DNA from: an uncultured archaeon | GTDB lineage: Archaea > Asgardarchaeota > Heimdallarchaeia > Heimdallarchaeales > Heimdallarchaeaceae | Length of the DNA: 28,486 nt | NCBI GenBank assembly: GCA_964534625.1 | Contig: CAZHRF010000042.1 | Span: 1-28,486 of the forward strand | Direction: 5' to 3' | In this document: one piece after another, positions 27,166 to 28,486 of the stretch | Position numbering within the stretch: position 1 is the stretch's first letter | Layout: every line of letters begins with the position of its first letter | The notes under the pieces: model-generated | What the model was told of the DNA's origin: nothing | The model's database searches: none | What the model saw: only the letters and a program-made list of their open reading frames with translations | Program-made: the position numbers and the translations under genes

Positions 27166-28002
27166 ATGAATACTGAAAAATCTCCTTCGCATCAATCTGA
27201 GAAAATCATCACTGACTCTCAATATGCTGTTCTAAATTATCTTCAAGAATTAATTAATGAAAAACTAACTGAACTTCAAATCATTTCTGCTGCAAAGACT
27301 GATAAAGCTGACATTCTAACTACTAACATAGAAACAAAGAATAGTTTAGAAGACATTGCAAGTCATTTAGAAGAAATAAATCAAGAGATTGCTGAGTTGA
27401 CTATTTTCCAAACAAAGGTTTTAGATATTCTCAGTTTTATTGATCTCGTATCCATAAACCAAATCAACCCAAACAAACGTCACCTGAAACGTTTTCAAAA
27501 TGAGTGCACATCACTTTATGATCTGTTCAAGCAATTTTCAGATACGCTTAAAATACACGATAAAAAAATTAAAGATAATAAAGAATCAATTGCCAATCTC
27601 ACTCCTAAAGCACAAGACTTCAAATCTTTAGCCATTAAATTTGTCAAGATTGATAATGAGAATAAAGCAAAACTTGCTTTAAAAAAGAAAAAAGAAGTAG
27701 AAGAAAAGATTCAAGAGCTTGAAATGAAAAATGATGAACACCAGCTTATATTGAAAGAAAAACGTTTTGATTTCTTAAAAACAACAAGATCACAAATTGA
27801 AAAAATTATTAAGAAAGCAAAGGTTGATGATTATATATCGGTGAAAGATGATACTTTTGAACAAAAGGAGGATATGGTTTTAGATAGTGATAGAGAAGAT
27901 TTCATGCAACTTGAACAGTTAACAATTGAAGAAGTAGAAAACTATGAATTTGACGAAGATATTCTTGCTGAATTGGAACAAATAGAAAATGAACTAGAGT
28001 AG
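27166..28002 (+). CDS. Helical coiled-coil protein with ESCRT-III (Snf7/Vps20)/PspA-like C-terminal half
   Basis: All-helical charged sequence; AKLALKKKK..EEKI..LE, TIEEVE and acidic tail FDEDILAELEQIENE. Confidence 0.55.
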   Translation: MNTEKSPSHQSEKIITDSQYAVLNYLQELINEKLTELQIISAAKTDKADILTTNIETKNSLEDIASHLEEINQEIAELTIFQTKVLDILSFIDLVSINQINPNKRHLKRFQNECTSLYDLFKQFSDTLKIHDKKIKDNKESIANLTPKAQDFKSLAIKFVKIDNENKAKLALKKKKEVEEKIQELEMKNDEHQLILKEKRFDFLKTTRSQIEKIIKKAKVDDYISVKDDTFEQKEDMVLDSDREDFMQLEQLTIEEVENYEFDEDILAELEQIENELE

Positions 28003-28069
28003 TTTTTTTTGTTTCTATTTTTCTTAAACTTTATAAATGTAATTTGATTTAAATTATGTAGTGAAAAAA

Positions 28070-28294
28070 ATGACTGCAGAAAATGACAAAGTTTACAAAA
28101 TTATCGAGTTAGTAGGTTCTTCTTCTATTAGCTTTGAAAAGGCTGTTGAGGCTGCTGTAGAAAAAGCAGCTAAGACTCTAAATGATTTACGCATTGTCGA
28201 GGTAGTAAAATTAGATTGCAGAATAGAAGATAACAAAATTGTTTCTTATCGTGCTCGTGTTAAAATCAGTTTCAAATACCACGACAAAATGTAA
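28070..28294 (+). CDS. Dodecin family protein
   Basis: VYKIIELVGSS..SFEKAV..AV.KA.KTL..LR..EV...D..IE...I..YR..VKISFKY; ATG 28070 (alternatively GTG 28061). Confidence 0.9.
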   Translation: MTAENDKVYKIIELVGSSSISFEKAVEAAVEKAAKTLNDLRIVEVVKLDCRIEDNKIVSYRARVKISFKYHDKM

Positions 28295-28486
28295 AAAGCA
28301 ATTTAGATCCTTGCTACCTTCTAACTATTTTTTTATTCTTTTATACCTTTTTTATCTTATTTGAATAAAAAACTTACTTGGGGATAAATGACTTGTTACA
28401 AACGTCGTTTTTTCTTTATCTTAGATCATTAATCTTTTAACTTTTTTTCATATTTCCGTAAACACTTTCTAACAACGAGAGTCTCC

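Overview
AT-rich chromosomal window, most likely from an Asgard archaeon. This is inferred from TATA-box/leaderless and GAGGT/GGTG-type signals, a single-OB-fold SSB, an Mth938-like protein and two eukaryote-like proteins; no marker gene is present. Main findings: (1) a dispersed, all-minus-strand set of sulfoquinovose (SQ) catabolic genes of the sulfofructose-transaldolase (sulfo-TAL/SFT) type: a YihQ-like GH31 sulfoquinovosidase with a sugar MFS, a fucose-isomerase-fold SqvD-like isomerase and an SqvA-like transaldolase. The set is split by a plus-strand block holding a solo tnpB element, an ABC transporter and a large secreted nuclease. (2) A 365-aa double-GNAT protein that aligns by eye, end to end, with eukaryotic N-myristoyltransferase. 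(3) A coiled-coil protein with ESCRT-III (Vps20/Snf7)-like motifs. (4) An untracked signal-peptide ORF with perfect 11-aa repeats running off the left edge. Also present: sdhA-sdhB-fumC without a membrane anchor, two methyltransferases, an MFS efflux pump, a degenerate Asp/Glu racemase, a flavin reductase and a dodecin. All homology calls are by eye against remembered reference sequences; no searches were run.
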